The notes: generated by a model not told the origin, from the letters alone. Shown: positions 1-13,041, counted from the stretch's first letter. The stretch: 64,000 bases of DNA from Abditibacteriaceae bacterium (GCA_965277285.1 OZ255721.1:224001-288000), one strand, 5' to 3'. Program-made: numbers and translations.

Positions 1-3
1 CTG

Positions 4-888
4 TTGTTATTGGCGACTCTGGGTTACATGGGCTATTTGGCCTACAACTTTCAGCAGAACCTGGAGCCGCAAACCGCCGCGCAAATCGCCAGTGGCGCCA
101 TCAGCGAACGTGTCAACGACCAGGCCGATACGTTTGTGGACCAGATGCGCGAAAGAGTTCCTCAACTGATCGCGGGTTTGCCCGATACGGTTATCAAAAG
201 TCTGCCGGGTTATCGCCAGCAACTCGAAACTCAAATTAATACCGATTTGACGCAGCATTCCAAGCAGGCCGCCGATAACCTCAGCGGTCAGCTCGATAGC
301 TATCTGGATCTGCACAAGGATGAAATGAAATCCGTCCTTGATTCGGGCAACGATTCGACAGCGGTCAAGCAAATGGGCGCCGAAATCGAACAACAATTCC
401 TCGATTCGTTGAAGAAAACTGATGCCGGAAACGGCGAAACCGTCCAAAACAAATTGGACAAAACTCTTCAATCGCTGCACGAAATCGACACCATGATGAC
501 GAAATTGGCGGCCAACAAAAACCTGACGCCGCAAGAGCAAAAAGCGCGTCACGCGATTGCGATCATGGCTGAAACCGCCAACCAGGGCGCGCCCGCAGTC
601 AAACAACTTGTCGCGCAATTGCAAGACACCGCCAGCCAGTCGGTGCAACAAGTGGCCGATACCGCCAACGCTTCGGCTGCCTCGACTTCGGCAGCTCTGG
701 CGAACGTTAGTAACGCCGTATCTGCACCGGCACCGGACACCACGTCTTCCGCACCAGTGCCCGCTTTGGCGCCAAATTCGGCACCAGCGGCTGCAAATAG
801 AACCGTACAGCCTTCCGGTTCGGCTAACCGAAACGTGCCGCCTGCGGGAGCGCCTAACCGCAATGTGCCATCGCCTACAAGTGGCTGA
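4..888 (+). CDS. Hypothetical helical protein, 5' end probably outside the window; Pro/Ala-rich C-terminal tail
   Basis: Open frame from the window edge, hydrophobic stretch at start, terminator follows. Confidence 0.7.
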   Translation: MLLATLGYMGYLAYNFQQNLEPQTAAQIASGAISERVNDQADTFVDQMRERVPQLIAGLPDTVIKSLPGYRQQLETQINTDLTQHSKQAADNLSGQLDSYLDLHKDEMKSVLDSGNDSTAVKQMGAEIEQQFLDSLKKTDAGNGETVQNKLDKTLQSLHEIDTMMTKLAANKNLTPQEQKARHAIAIMAETANQGAPAVKQLVAQLQDTASQSVQQVADTANASAASTSAALANVSNAVSAPAPDTTSSAPVPALAPNSAPAAANRTVQPSGSANRNVPPAGAPNRNVPSPTSG

Positions 889-909
889 CCGTAAAACTCG
901 CAGTGAAAG

Positions 910-949
910 CAAAAGCCTGAATGTCGATTCTTTGACATTCAGGCTTTTG
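910..949. terminator. Intrinsic terminator between convergent genes
   Basis: CAAAAGCCTGAATGTC-8nt-GACATTCAGGCTTTTG. Confidence 0.8.
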
Positions 950-976
950 TTTTGGCGCTTATCGAGTACTCGAACT

Positions 977-1405
977 CTACGAATTTTTGCTGGAGATCGC
1001 AATAATCAAAGCGCCGACAGCCATCAATCCGCCGCCGAAAATAATCGGTGGCGTGATTTTTTCCTGCAAAAAGAGACCGGCGAATACAACCGCGAAAATC
1101 AGCGACAAGCGATCAAGCGGCGCCACTGCCGAAGCTGGGCCGCTTTTCAAAGCACCAAAGTAAAACAAGTATGCGACGGCGGAAAGCGCGCCTGTTAGCG
1201 CCAGAAAGCCCCAGCTTTTCGCGTCGATGTTGACCAAATCGCCACCTTTCTTTTGAAAACCGATCACAGTCCACGTAATAACCAGCGTGACCAAAGCCTG
1301 AACACCGAAACCCAGCGTCGAATCGACTTGTTTATCGACACCTTTGGCGGTCGTCGATACAATACCCGTTAGCAACGCTGACACCAGAGAAAAGAGAATC
1401 CACAT
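977..1405 (-). CDS. EamA/DMT family small membrane transporter
   Basis: 142 aa, about 5 TM, ALKSGPASAVAPLDRLS and FLQEKIT motifs. Confidence 0.85.
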   Translation of the reverse strand: MWILFSLVSALLTGIVSTTAKGVDKQVDSTLGFGVQALVTLVITWTVIGFQKKGGDLVNIDAKSWGFLALTGALSAVAYLFYFGALKSGPASAVAPLDRLSLIFAVVFAGLFLQEKITPPIIFGGGLMAVGALIIAISSKNS

Positions 1406-1604
1406 GGCTTTTGCGGACGTACTTCCTCGCGTCCTCGTTGCTCTCGTTTTGTCGAGTTTTGTTCATCAGCAACAAGCATTAGCAACGAAACGCTACAACA
1501 GTCGCCGTCAACTTTCAGGAAGATTCCAGTCGTTTCCGAAGAACTTTCATCCGCCGTGCCATAGAATGGAATCAGGCAACGCCACTGTATTTCCACGTCT
1601 CGTT

Positions 1605-2261
1605 ATGAACCTTTCTCCTGCAAGGCAGCGCTTGGCCGTTATCGGATTGATGTTGTTCTGGTGCCTGGCGCTCATTGCCTATCGCATTTATCTCGCCGCC
1701 AATTTTCTGGAGTTTTCGCTGCTGTGGAATTTGTTTTTGGCCGTTCTTCCTTTGTTTTGGAGCGCCGCATTGCAAGCGGCGAATGCGCGCCGTAGTCCGC
1801 TTTGGTGCGGCTTCTTCTTTTTGCTGTGGCTGCTGTTTTTGCCCAATGCGCCTTATATTCTCACTGACCTGATTCATTTGTCGCCACGACCCAATGTGCC
1901 GCTTTGGTACATTTTGGCGCTGCTTTTGTCGTGTGCCGGAACTGGCACGCTGCTGGGATATTTGTCACTGCTCAATGTCCACGCGGTTGTGGAACAACGC
2001 TTTGGCAAAACAGCGGGCTGGAGCGTGGCGGCCAGTTCTTTGATGTTGTGCGGCTTCGGGATTTATCTGGGGCGTTTTTTACGATGGAATAGCTGGGACG
2101 CTTTCACCAGACCGTTCGCGCTTTTTCATTCGGTTCTCAGTCAATTAACTGATTCCGGCTCCCATCCGCGCCCTTTAGCCGTGACTTTAGTGTTCGGCAT
2201 TGGCCTGATTATCGGTTATCTCGCTATACGCGTGATAGCAGTCGCTTCGCGCGACAATTGA
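1605..2261 (+). CDS. DUF1361 family membrane protein
   Basis: WNLFLA, WLLFLPNAPYILTDLIH, GIYLGRFLRWNSWD; start taken at ATG 1605. Confidence 0.85.
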   Translation: MNLSPARQRLAVIGLMLFWCLALIAYRIYLAANFLEFSLLWNLFLAVLPLFWSAALQAANARRSPLWCGFFFLLWLLFLPNAPYILTDLIHLSPRPNVPLWYILALLLSCAGTGTLLGYLSLLNVHAVVEQRFGKTAGWSVAASSLMLCGFGIYLGRFLRWNSWDAFTRPFALFHSVLSQLTDSGSHPRPLAVTLVFGIGLIIGYLAIRVIAVASRDN

Positions 2262-2422
2262 ATGCATCAACGCCAAATTACTTACGCCCGTTGCAAACGC
2301 GACAGTTTTCGGTGCGCCGACATTTGCACGGCAAAACATGGCTGTTTTTGAGATTTATGATGAAACCAATTCTCGTCGTTTCCCTGCCTGGATCAGCCGT
2401 TGTGTCTTGCTCTAAGAAAGTC

Positions 2423-3592
2423 ATGAAAAATACCATAATATCGTTTCTGGCAATGATGCTGGTTTGCCTGACAACTATGCCATCGCACGCCCAGAATGAG
2501 ATCTGGAGCATCATGCGCTTACCGGAAAAGTCAGATGTCGTATGCGTGGCATGATTTCAATCGGTCGAGCAAGGCGAACCGCAGCCCAATCCGGCCTCGC
2601 TTCATCCTCATATATTTGCAAGTGAAGATTTCTCTCTTGTTCCCTGGGTGTTCACAATGCGTGTGCATCAGGTGTGGAAGGGCGATTTGCCGGAGCGACA
2701 AATCAAATTGCGCTCCGTTGAAAAGCAGTACTGGAATCTTTATGGCGACTCACAAAAAAACCGTTTCCAAGCGGGCCAACTTTATTTGGTCTTTGCCCGA
2801 AAAGAAGCGGATTCACTGTACGTTTCTGCTATCGACTTTTTCGGCTTGAACTTTGAATCGGCGTATCCCATTTCTTCAATTGCGCCCGACATCACGCCGC
2901 ATATGTCGTTGCCTGAAAAAGTTCTGCATCAGTTTTCGTTGTCGCTGCGATCCAGCGACAAAAAAGTGCAGATCGCCGCTTTGGGACAGCTCTGGCTTTT
3001 CAATTTTTTGACATTGGATGATTCCCAAACGCACAGCCTGCCACATGGGGTTGATGTGAAAAAATGGCGCCGATTCATGCGAAAGAACGTCGCGCCGCAG
3101 GTGCTGCGTCTAATCGAAAGCCATGATGAAGAAATACAGGAATCGGCTCTTGGCACAGCGGCATGTCTTCAACTCCTTCAAGCAATTCCGCGCATTGTCG
3201 CATTGAGCGAGAACAACTCTTCCCACGCCGAAACGATGAACTGGAATCTTCTTGGTTATCGTAATCAGGCCGCCGCGCCGCTGCTGTTGCCGCAACTGAG
3301 AAACTACAAACTCCCGATGCGGGTCGCCATTGTCGAGTATTTTGAAATTCTGAAAGATCGGCGCGCTTTGCCCTATTTGCTTGAATTGTTGAACGATCCC
3401 GATGCCAACGTGCGCACGCGCTTACCTTACACGCTCTGGGCGATTACTGGCCTGCCGAAAACTTACACCATCGAGAGCGCCGCAGAAAAACAGCAGGAAT
3501 GGTTGGATTTCTGGAAAACGTGGGCCGCCACTCATCAAGAGGAATTGCGGAAAATCAAATCGCGCGGCTGGAAAATCAAAAGTCGCTCGTAA
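2423..3592 (+). pseudogene. Secreted HEAT-repeat protein with one in-frame TGA (2552-2554)
   Basis: Signal peptide MKNTIISFLAMM..SHA is in the same frame as ORF 2648-3592 and the frame is open across except for one TGA; HEAT-like LPYLLELLNDPDANVR. Confidence 0.6.
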
Positions 3593-3659
3593 AGTCTTCA
3601 GCGCTTCCGAGTCCTGGTGTTCAGCAACTCGAATATTGCGACTTCAAGATAAAACGCGC

Positions 3660-4529
3660 TTATCGAGTACTCGATTGCTTTTCTGCGTGCTTTTCCGCCG
3701 CGCGCACCGTTTGATCGATCAGCATCGCAACGGTCATCGGGCCGACGCCGCCGACGCGCGGCGTCATCCATCCGGCGACTTCAGCCACGCTTTCATCAAC
3801 ATCGGAAACGATTTTGTTGCCTTCGCGCGTGATTCCTGCGCCGACGACTGCCGCGCCAGCCTTCACCATTTCAGGCTTAATCAAGTTCGGCGCGCCCGCA
3901 GCCACCACCAAAATATCGGCTTGGCGCGTATAAAAACTCATATCCGCGACGCCAGTATGAACAACTGTCACCGCCGCATTGCAGTTGGGACGTTTCAAAG
4001 CCAGCAACAACGCCAGAGGACGACCGACCGTTAATCCGCGCCCGACGATGACGACATGACGACCTTCAATCGGCACATGGTTTTGCACCAACAATTCGAC
4101 AATTCCGGCAGGAGTGCAGGGCAGCGGGCCAGGCGCGCCCATCACGAGTCGTCCTAAATTGATGGGATGCAAGCCGTCGGCGTCCTTGTCGGGATCAATC
4201 GCCAGCAACGCGGCTTCTTCGTTCAAACCTTTGGGCAACGGCAATTGCACGATATAAGAATGCACGTTCGCGTCAGCGTTGAACTCGTTGATGGTGGCCA
4301 AAAGTTCGTCTTGCGTGGTCGAAGACGGCAGATGCGCATGAATCGAACGCACCCCGACTTCTTCGCAGGCACGATGTTTAGCGCCAATATAAACGGCGCT
4401 GGCTTCGTCGTCGCCGACTAAAATTGTTCCCAGCCCGGGCACAATGCCCTGAGTTTTCAAAAGTCCAACGCGAACTGCGGCCTGTTCGCGGATGCGCGCG
4501 GAAGCGGCTTTGCCATCAAGTAATTGCAT
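3660..4529 (-). CDS. folD: Bifunctional methylenetetrahydrofolate dehydrogenase/cyclohydrolase
   Basis: LDGK, VQLPLP, KDADGLHP, PCTPAG, TPRVGGVGPMTVAML. Confidence 0.95.
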   Translation of the reverse strand: MQLLDGKAASARIREQAAVRVGLLKTQGIVPGLGTILVGDDEASAVYIGAKHRACEEVGVRSIHAHLPSSTTQDELLATINEFNADANVHSYIVQLPLPKGLNEEAALLAIDPDKDADGLHPINLGRLVMGAPGPLPCTPAGIVELLVQNHVPIEGRHVVIVGRGLTVGRPLALLLALKRPNCNAAVTVVHTGVADMSFYTRQADILVVAAGAPNLIKPEMVKAGAAVVGAGITREGNKIVSDVDESVAEVAGWMTPRVGGVGPMTVAMLIDQTVRAAEKHAEKQSSTR

Positions 4530-4726
4530 GAAGATTATTTTAACTGTGTTGTTAGTTCAGAGCATCTTTCGAGTACTCGAATTACTCAATTGCCAAACCT
4601 GCGCATAATTTGAGAAAAGCGGACAAATTCGCAGTTCGTCAGAATGACCAGACTCTTAGTTCGCATATCGTTTCTCTTGTGGAAGGAACAATCAATCAAG
4701 TGGTTTAAGCGGCCTCTTTGTTGTAA

Positions 4727-6274
<1,548 letters not shown>

Positions 6275-6290
6275 AGTTGTGCAGGATGAA

Positions 6291-6340
6291 AAGTCGTTCA
6301 ACGAACCCCGCGCTCACGCTTGGGGTTCGTTAAACGACTT
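6291..6340. repeat. Hairpin related to REP family B
   Basis: AAGTCGTTCAACGAACCCCG..TGGGGTTCGTTAAACGACTT; shares AACGAACCC and CGCTCACGCT with copies at 47338 and 58024. Confidence 0.65.
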
Positions 6341-6417
6341 ACTGAAAGATGTTGACGCGGACAAGTGCGTGTTCCGTGTTAAAATCGGTTATCGAGTACT
6401 CGAAAAGGAACTGATTT

Positions 6418-7401
6418 ATGGCGATTTTAGTGACGGGTGGCGCTGGTTACATCGGTAGCGCGACAGTTGAAGCGTTGCGCGCGGACGGGCAAGATGTCGT
6501 CGTGCTGGACAATTTATTTCGCGGCCATCGCAAAGCCGTCGAGGAAAGCGTGCCGTTTTATCAGGGCGAAATCAGCGATAGCGCGCTGGTAGAAAAAATC
6601 TGCCGCGAGCATAACGTGACGGCGTGCGTGCATTTCGCGGCGCTGGCGTATGTCGGCGAATCGGTCACGCAACCCGAAATGTATTGGCACAATAATGTGT
6701 CAGGCAGCATCGGCTTGTTCGATGGTTTGGTTGCCGCAGGCGTCAAAAACGTCGTATTTTCCTCGACTTGCGCGACTTATGGCGAGCCGCAATATATTCC
6801 GCTTGATGAAAAGCATCCGCAAAAACCGGAAAGTCCTTATGGCTGGACGAAATTCACTGTTGAACGCGTACTCGAGAACTACGACACGGCGCACGGCTTG
6901 AAGTTTGTCGCGTTGCGCTATTTCAACGCGTGCGGCGCGCTGGAAAATCGCGGCGAAGATCACACGCCCGAATCGCATTTGATTCCGCTCGTTTTGTTTG
7001 TGGCACAGGGCAAACGCCCGCAAATTTCCGTTTTCGGAACCGATTATCCGACGCCCGACGGCACCGCGATCCGCGATTATATTCACATCGCGGATTTGGC
7101 AAGCGCGCACGTCTTATCCTTGAAATACCTGGCCAAAGGCAGCGCATCGAACTATTTCAACCTGGGCAATGGCAGCGGTTATTCGGTTCTCGAAGTCATC
7201 GAAACCGCGAAGAAAGTGACTGGCTGCGACATCAAAACTGTCCTGGAACCGCGTCGCGCCGGCGATCCTTCGCGCCTCATCGGTTCAACGGAAAAAGCGC
7301 AAAACGTGCTGGGCTGGAAACAGCAATACGCGGATTTGGAAACCATCATCAAAACCGCGTGGAATTGGCATCAAAGCCATCCCGACGGTTACGGCGACTG
7401 A
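6418..7401 (+). CDS. galE: UDP-glucose 4-epimerase
   Basis: [34 protein letters not shown]. Confidence 0.95.
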   Translation: MAILVTGGAGYIGSATVEALRADGQDVVVLDNLFRGHRKAVEESVPFYQGEISDSALVEKICREHNVTACVHFAALAYVGESVTQPEMYWHNNVSGSIGLFDGLVAAGVKNVVFSSTCATYGEPQYIPLDEKHPQKPESPYGWTKFTVERVLENYDTAHGLKFVALRYFNACGALENRGEDHTPESHLIPLVLFVAQGKRPQISVFGTDYPTPDGTAIRDYIHIADLASAHVLSLKYLAKGSASNYFNLGNGSGYSVLEVIETAKKVTGCDIKTVLEPRRAGDPSRLIGSTEKAQNVLGWKQQYADLETIIKTAWNWHQSHPDGYGD

Positions 7402-7409
7402 GAAACGAG

Positions 7410-7445
7410 AAGAAGCGCATATCGAGTACTCGATGTGCGCTTCTT
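7410..7445. terminator. Hairpin/terminator centred on the iterated palindrome
   Basis: AGAAGCGCAT-ATCGAGTACTCGAT-GTGCGCTTCT just after the galE stop. Confidence 0.65.
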
Positions 7446-7535
7446 GCTTATCAGCGTTTTTTATAAGTTGCGCATGAGCCGCAGAAATCGCTTAACGTGA
7501 AGGTAAGAAAGCAAAGCAACAAATCGTTGCCCTTG

Positions 7536-7811
7536 GAATCAGTTTGCAGAGTAGAAAACAGCGGTGAATTAGAAACCAGTGGTGCGGGTTTGCAAGCACC
7601 CGCCCCTGAAGGAGCGGGCTGAGTGAGCAAGACCGCTAAAGCGGCCTCCGTGTTAGTGCGAGAGTAGCGTGTTAGTCCCATTTATGGGGCTTAGCAACTC
7701 AGCCCGCTCCTTCAGGGGCGGGTGAAATCGTTCTTACACCAAACCCGCACCACTGGTTAGAAGTTTGTCATGCCGATTCTAAGACAGCTTGCGGACTTTT
7801 CAAACTGATTC
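7536..7811. mobile_element. MITE family M copy carrying nested REP-like inverted repeats
   Basis: Ends GAATCAGTTTGCAGAGT / ACTTTTCAAACTGATTC; internal IRs 7574-7592/7740-7758 and 7597-7624/7697-7724. Confidence 0.65.
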
Positions 7812-7814
7812 TAA

Positions 7815-8671
7815 GAGGGTGTATAGGAAAGGGTTAGACTTACATTTATGAAACGCCAGAGCTATCCCAGTGATTTGAGCGAGGCACAATGGCAAGTGCT
7901 GCGCCCTTTGATCGAGCCACAGCGTGCGCGCGGTACGCGCAGGCTTTACGCCCAACGCGAGATCGTCAACGCTTTGTTGTATCAGTTGACCAACGGCTGC
8001 TCGTGGCGTGCTTTGCCTCACGATTTTCCGCCTTACACTGTGGTTTGGTATCACTTCCGGCGCTGGCGTGACAACGGCACTCTCGAAGGTATCCACAGTT
8101 CGTTGCGTTCTCAAGTGCGCCAGGCCGATGGACGGGATGAGGCGCCCAGCGCAGCGATTCTGGACAGCCAGAGCGTCAAAACCACAGAAAAAGGGGGCCA
8201 AAAGGCTTTGATGCAGCCAAGAAAATAAAAGGGCGCAAGCGTCATATTCTAGTGGATACCAACGGCTTGTTGTTGCAAGTGTGTGTTCATGCTGCCAACG
8301 TTCAAGAGCGTGACGGAGCCAAATTACTTTTGCAAGACAAAGCCCTGTGGCGCTTTCCTTCACAACGTTTGCAGTTGATTTGGGCGGATGCAGGCTACTG
8401 GGGACACAAGTTCGCGGCTTGGGTGCGAGAAAACTGTGGCGTTGCGCTCCGAGTGATAAGCCGCAATGCCCTGGTGAACCGTCAATATGAAAACAAAGGC
8501 TACGTGCCGTTGCCGCGTCGCTGGGTTGTCGAAAGAACTTTTGCATGGTTGGGAAGATGTCGAAGGCTTTCAAAAGACTATGAGCAAAATGTCAAATCAA
8601 GTGAAACCTGGATTTATCTCGCCATGATCCGGCTTATGCTCCGAAGGCTTGCGTGATTCCTATACACCCTC
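7815..8671 (+). mobile_element. IS5-family insertion sequence, 857 bp
   Basis: Perfect 15-bp TIR GAGGGTGTATAGGAA / TTCCTATACACCCTC; flanks TAA and TCA. Confidence 0.92.
7848..8656 (+). CDS. IS5-family transposase, two ORFs joined by a -1 shift at A5G5 (8188-8197)
   Basis: [29 protein letters not shown], then in the -1 frame [36 protein letters not shown]. Confidence 0.9.
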
Positions 8672-8677
8672 TCAGAC

Positions 8678-8710
8678 AAAAAAGCGCCACGCAGATTTGC
8701 GTGGCGCTTT
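8678..8710 (-). terminator. katE terminator
   Basis: AAAAAAGCGCCACGCA-GATT-TGCGTGGCGCTTT, abutting a palindrome copy. Confidence 0.75.
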
Positions 8711-8742
8711 CGAGTACTCGATTGGTCTTAAGCCGCACAACT

Positions 8743-10935
8743 TTATGCGGCAATAGTTTGCACATCCATGCGGTCGCGGAAACGATGTTGCGCGACCGCA
8801 TTAATCAGGTCGGTTGCGACGCTGAGCGCGTTGCCGTCCGGCGCGAGGAACACGCCAAGCGGCGCATTACTGTTCTGCTTGCCCATTTCGGTTGCCTTCA
8901 CTAAATTGACGCCTTCACCCGAAGCGGCGATGGCTTTGCCGTGCTTGTAGGCTTCGTCGATGAACTTGCGCGCATCGCCCATTTGCACCAGCGTGGCCGC
9001 GCTGGCGCCGCCCGGAACATAAACCGCGTCGAACAAAACCGAACTGCAGTTGGCGTAAGTTTTTTTGGCTTCAACGCTGCCGCTGTCGCCTGCGATGGTG
9101 CCGATGTGCGGCCCGACAACTTCGCCCAGAGCGCCTTCCGCCGCAAGTTTTTCCTGCATTGTCGCCACGCATTTCGCAGCGACGCCCGCCGCCACCAGGA
9201 TCGCCACTTTGCGGCCTTTGGGCGAAAGCGGCTGACCTTCGGCCTGACTTAAACCGCTGGTTTTCTGCAAACCGCCCGAAGCGCTGGTTTGCGAAACCGC
9301 ATCGGCCAGGGCTTTGATTTCTGCTGGAGAATCGGCTGTGCCGCCGGGCTTAACTTTGGCGCCCGGCAAGGTTTCACCCAAGGCCAGACCAATTTGCGCG
9401 GCCATAACTTCGTTGATTTGCGCCAGATGTCCGAGCATTCGCACGCGCACTTCGCGCGTCTCGACTTTGCTCATCTCAAATTGCAGCGCCTTCACGATAT
9501 GCTCTTTTTCGTGCTTGGCCATGCTGTTCCAGAAAAGTTTCGCCTGACCGTAATGGTCGCCGAAACTTTCGCTGCGCTCGCGCACTTTCGGCCCGCTGAT
9601 TTTCTCCTGATAAGAAGCGTAACCGGCGGCGTTGGTCGCTTCTGTGGGCGAATGACCGTCCAGCGAAGCGGGCGAGTAGGCGACGCGGCCTTTGTTGATC
9701 GTCGTGCGCATCTGTCCTTCGCGCTGGTTGTTGGAAAACGGACAAACCGGACGGTTGATCGGCAGTTCGTGGAAGTTGGGCGTGCCCAAACGCGAAATCT
9801 GCGTATCGAGATACGAAAAATTGCGACCTTGCAACAGCGGATCGTTGCTGAAATCGATGCCAGGCACGACGTTGGTCGTCATGAAGGCGACTTGCTCGGT
9901 CTCCGTAAAGTAGTTGTCGGGGTTGCGATTGAGCGTCATGCGCCCGATGCGCTGCAAAGGAATCAAATCTTCCGGCCAGATTTTGGTGGCGTCCAAAACA
10001 TCGAAATCGAACTTTTGTTCGTCGGCTTCAGGCAACAATTGCACTGCTAAATCCCACTGCGGATAATTGCCCATTTCAATGGCTTCCCATAAATCGCGGC
10101 GATGAAAATCGGGGTCTTGTCCGGCGATTTTGACGGCTTCGTCCCACACCAGCGAGTGCGCTCCGAGTACTGGTTTCCAGTGGAACTTGACGAAAGTCGA
10201 TTTGCCTTCGGCGTTAATCAGGCGGAAAGTGTGAACGCCAAAGCCGTCCATCATGGCGAAGGAGCGCGGAATCGAGCGGTCGCTCATCACCCACATTATC
10301 ATGTGCATCGATTCGGGCGTCAGCGAAATGAAATCGTAAAACGTGTCGTGCGCTGAAGCCGCCTGCGGGATTTCGTTGTTCGGTTCAGGCTTGACGGCGT
10401 GAATCAAGTCAGGAAATTTAATCGCGTCCTGAATAAAGAAAACGGGAATGTTGTTGCCGACCAAATCCCAGTTGCCTTCCTGCGTATACATTTTGACGGC
10501 GAAACCGCGCACGTCGCGCGCTGTGTCCGCCGAGCCGCGCGAACCGGCGACCGTCGAGAAGCGCAAGAATAATGGCGTCACGCGACTTGTATCGGTGAGA
10601 ACGCCAGCCATCGTATATTCCGACAACGATTTGTGCAACTCGAAAACGCCGTGCGCTGCCGCTCCGCGCGCATGAACCACGCGTTCGGGAATGCGCTCGT
10701 GGTCGAAATGCTGAATTTTTTCGCGCAGCACGAAATCTTCGAGCAAGGTCGGGCCGCGATGTCCAGCGCGCAGCGAATCCTGATCGGTGCTGATGACTTG
10801 ACCTTGATTGGTGGTCAAAGGCGGCGCGTCTTTGGTCGTGAAAGCGGCCAGGTCTTTGTCTTTGATGGTCGCGTCAGGCGCCTTGCCGTTGGAGGCGACG
10901 CCGTTGGTTTTCTTATCTTGAGATGCGTTTTTCAC
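8743..10935 (-). CDS. katE: Large-subunit monofunctional catalase (HPII type) with C-terminal DJ-1/PfpI-like domain
   Basis: [43 protein letters not shown] before GTG. Confidence 0.95.
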   Translation of the reverse strand: MKNASQDKKTNGVASNGKAPDATIKDKDLAAFTTKDAPPLTTNQGQVISTDQDSLRAGHRGPTLLEDFVLREKIQHFDHERIPERVVHARGAAAHGVFELHKSLSEYTMAGVLTDTSRVTPLFLRFSTVAGSRGSADTARDVRGFAVKMYTQEGNWDLVGNNIPVFFIQDAIKFPDLIHAVKPEPNNEIPQAASAHDTFYDFISLTPESMHMIMWVMSDRSIPRSFAMMDGFGVHTFRLINAEGKSTFVKFHWKPVLGAHSLVWDEAVKIAGQDPDFHRRDLWEAIEMGNYPQWDLAVQLLPEADEQKFDFDVLDATKIWPEDLIPLQRIGRMTLNRNPDNYFTETEQVAFMTTNVVPGIDFSNDPLLQGRNFSYLDTQISRLGTPNFHELPINRPVCPFSNNQREGQMRTTINKGRVAYSPASLDGHSPTEATNAAGYASYQEKISGPKVRERSESFGDHYGQAKLFWNSMAKHEKEHIVKALQFEMSKVETREVRVRMLGHLAQINEVMAAQIGLALGETLPGAKVKPGGTADSPAEIKALADAVSQTSASGGLQKTSGLSQAEGQPLSPKGRKVAILVAAGVAAKCVATMQEKLAAEGALGEVVGPHIGTIAGDSGSVEAKKTYANCSSVLFDAVYVPGGASAATLVQMGDARKFIDEAYKHGKAIAASGEGVNLVKATEMGKQNSNAPLGVFLAPDGNALSVATDLINAVAQHRFRDRMDVQTIAA

Positions 10936-11247
10936 AGAAAAATTCTCCTCTTATGAGCTTTGAACTCAAGGCGCGCGCAACGTGCATGAACGATGCCCGA
11001 TTCGCGCGAAGTGATGAAGAATCCTTAATGAAAACGACTAATGCTCCATGAACATGCAACTTTTAGCAGGAACGCTTTTGGTCAATGCTGTGTAACCAAT
11101 TCTCTCTATTACTATGTTGCGACTTGATCATTATCAAATGACCCGTTGCATATCGAGTACTCGATATGCAGCGGATGAATGAAAGAAGCACATAGTTAAA
11201 CGTGGTAGATAAAGCTTGTTGTAGAGCTTGCAGATACGGGTGATGAT

Positions 11248-13041
11248 ATGGACTTTTTTCGCAATTTATTTCATGGGACGCCGCGCGCGCTGCAAATGCG
11301 TTCTCCCGCCGACATGGAGCGTGAAATCGCGCAGCGACGGCAAGTCGAAGTTGAAATGCGAAGCGCGCACGATCAGCTGGAGTCGCGCGTTGCGGAGCGC
11401 ACCGCCGAATTACGCACCAGCGAAGACAGCTTCCGATTGCTCATTGAGGCCATGCCGCAAATTGTATGGACGGCGCGTCCCGACGGCTTTCTGGACTATT
11501 ACAATCAAAAGTGGATTGATTACACCGGCATGAGCGTGGAAGAAACTCAGGGCTGGGGCTGGCAGCCCGTTTTACATCCCGATGATGTGCAGCCTTGCTT
11601 AGACGCTTGGAGTCACGCAACGCAAAGCGGCGAAAACTATGAAATCGAGTACCGCTTCAAGCGGGCCTCGGATGGTTCCTATCGCTGGCACTTGGGGCGC
11701 GCTCTGCCGTTGCGCGACGAAACGGGAAACATTGTCAAGTGGTTCGGCACCGGCACCGATATCGACGATCAGAAAAAAGCGCAACAAGCGTTGCAAAGTT
11801 CTCACGAGGAATTGCAGCGTTTGGTGGAAGAGCGCACCGCCGCTTTGACGCACACTAACACCGCGCTGGAAAAGGCGAACGCAACGCTGCAAGAAGCAAT
11901 CGTTCATCGTCAGCGCCTGGAGAGCGAAGCGGAACACGTGTTTGATTTGTCGCTGGATAAGTTGTGTGTGGCCGGCTTCGACGGATATTTCAAGCGCCTC
12001 AATCCGGCCTGGGAAAAAGCGTTGGGTTACAGCCGCGAGGAATTGATGTCCCGACCTTATCTCGATTTTGTGCATCCCGACGACCGCGGGGAAACCGTAT
12101 CTGAAACACAGCAACAGGCGGCGGGCCAGAACACCGAATTGTTTGAAAACCGCTTTCGCTGCAAGAATGGCTCTTATCGTTGGCTGGCGTGGCGTGCCAG
12201 AGTGGTACCCGAAGAGCAACTTGTTTATGCTTCGGCTCGTGACATTACCGAAAATAAAAGAGCCCAGCAAAACCTGCGAGCGACCATGCTCCAATTGGAG
12301 CGCTCCAATGGCGAACTGCAGAATTTCGCTTCCATTGCCTCGCACGATTTGCAAGAGCCGTTGCGCGCCATTCAAGCTTTTGGCGACCGCTTGCAAACCC
12401 GACATAGTGCAGAGCTGAGCGAAGAAGCCCGCGATTACCTGACGCGCATGCAAAACGCCGCGAACCGAATGCGTTCGCTGATCCAAGACTTGCTCGAGTA
12501 CTCGCGCATCACGACGAGAGTGCGCCCTTTTACACCAGTCGATTTGACTACGACAATCCAAGGCGTTATGTCCGACCTGACGGTTCGGTTGGAAGAAAGC
12601 GGAGGCCACGTCGAAATCGGCGAACTGCCAGCGATCGAAGCCGACGCCACGCAAATGCGCCAGCTCTTCCAAAACCTCATCGGCAACGCCTTGAAGTTTC
12701 ATCGCGCGGGTGTTCCACCTCTGGTCAAGATTTACCTGCAGGCGGAAGCGCCAAATAGCGGTGGACCGAAAGATGGTGAGGAACACGTTGTTCGTATCAT
12801 TGTGGAAGACAACGGCATCGGCTTCGACGAGAAGTTCGTGGATCGTATTTTTACGCCTTTCGAGCGACTGCATAATCAACGCGATTACAGCGGAACCGGC
12901 ATCGGCCTGGCGATCTGTCGCAAAATCGCTGAACGCCATGGTGGGAGCCTTTCGGCCAAAAGCGTGCAAGGACAAGGCAGTAAGTTTTTGATTGTATTAC
13001 CAATTCGACAGGCGGAAACCACGCTTGAAAGCGTAGAGTAA
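11248..13041 (+). CDS. PAS-PAS sensor histidine kinase
   Basis: Two PAS/PAC domains, SHDLQEPLR H-box, NLIGNALKF, DNGIGF, GTGIGLA. Confidence 0.93.
   Translation: MDFFRNLFHGTPRALQMRSPADMEREIAQRRQVEVEMRSAHDQLESRVAERTAELRTSEDSFRLLIEAMPQIVWTARPDGFLDYYNQKWIDYTGMSVEETQGWGWQPVLHPDDVQPCLDAWSHATQSGENYEIEYRFKRASDGSYRWHLGRALPLRDETGNIVKWFGTGTDIDDQKKAQQALQSSHEELQRLVEERTAALTHTNTALEKANATLQEAIVHRQRLESEAEHVFDLSLDKLCVAGFDGYFKRLNPAWEKALGYSREELMSRPYLDFVHPDDRGETVSETQQQAAGQNTELFENRFRCKNGSYRWLAWRARVVPEEQLVYASARDITENKRAQQNLRATMLQLERSNGELQNFASIASHDLQEPLRAIQAFGDRLQTRHSAELSEEARDYLTRMQNAANRMRSLIQDLLEYSRITTRVRPFTPVDLTTTIQGVMSDLTVRLEESGGHVEIGELPAIEADATQMRQLFQNLIGNALKFHRAGVPPLVKIYLQAEAPNSGGPKDGEEHVVRIIVEDNGIGFDEKFVDRIFTPFERLHNQRDYSGTGIGLAICRKIAERHGGSLSAKSVQGQGSKFLIVLPIRQAETTLESVE

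Noticed and set aside
1344..1604. N-terminal extensions in the ORF track (also 13679, 25888, 26059, 30671, 44790, 52215)
   Set aside because: They overlap neighbouring genes or repeats; family motifs and SD sites point to downstream starts.
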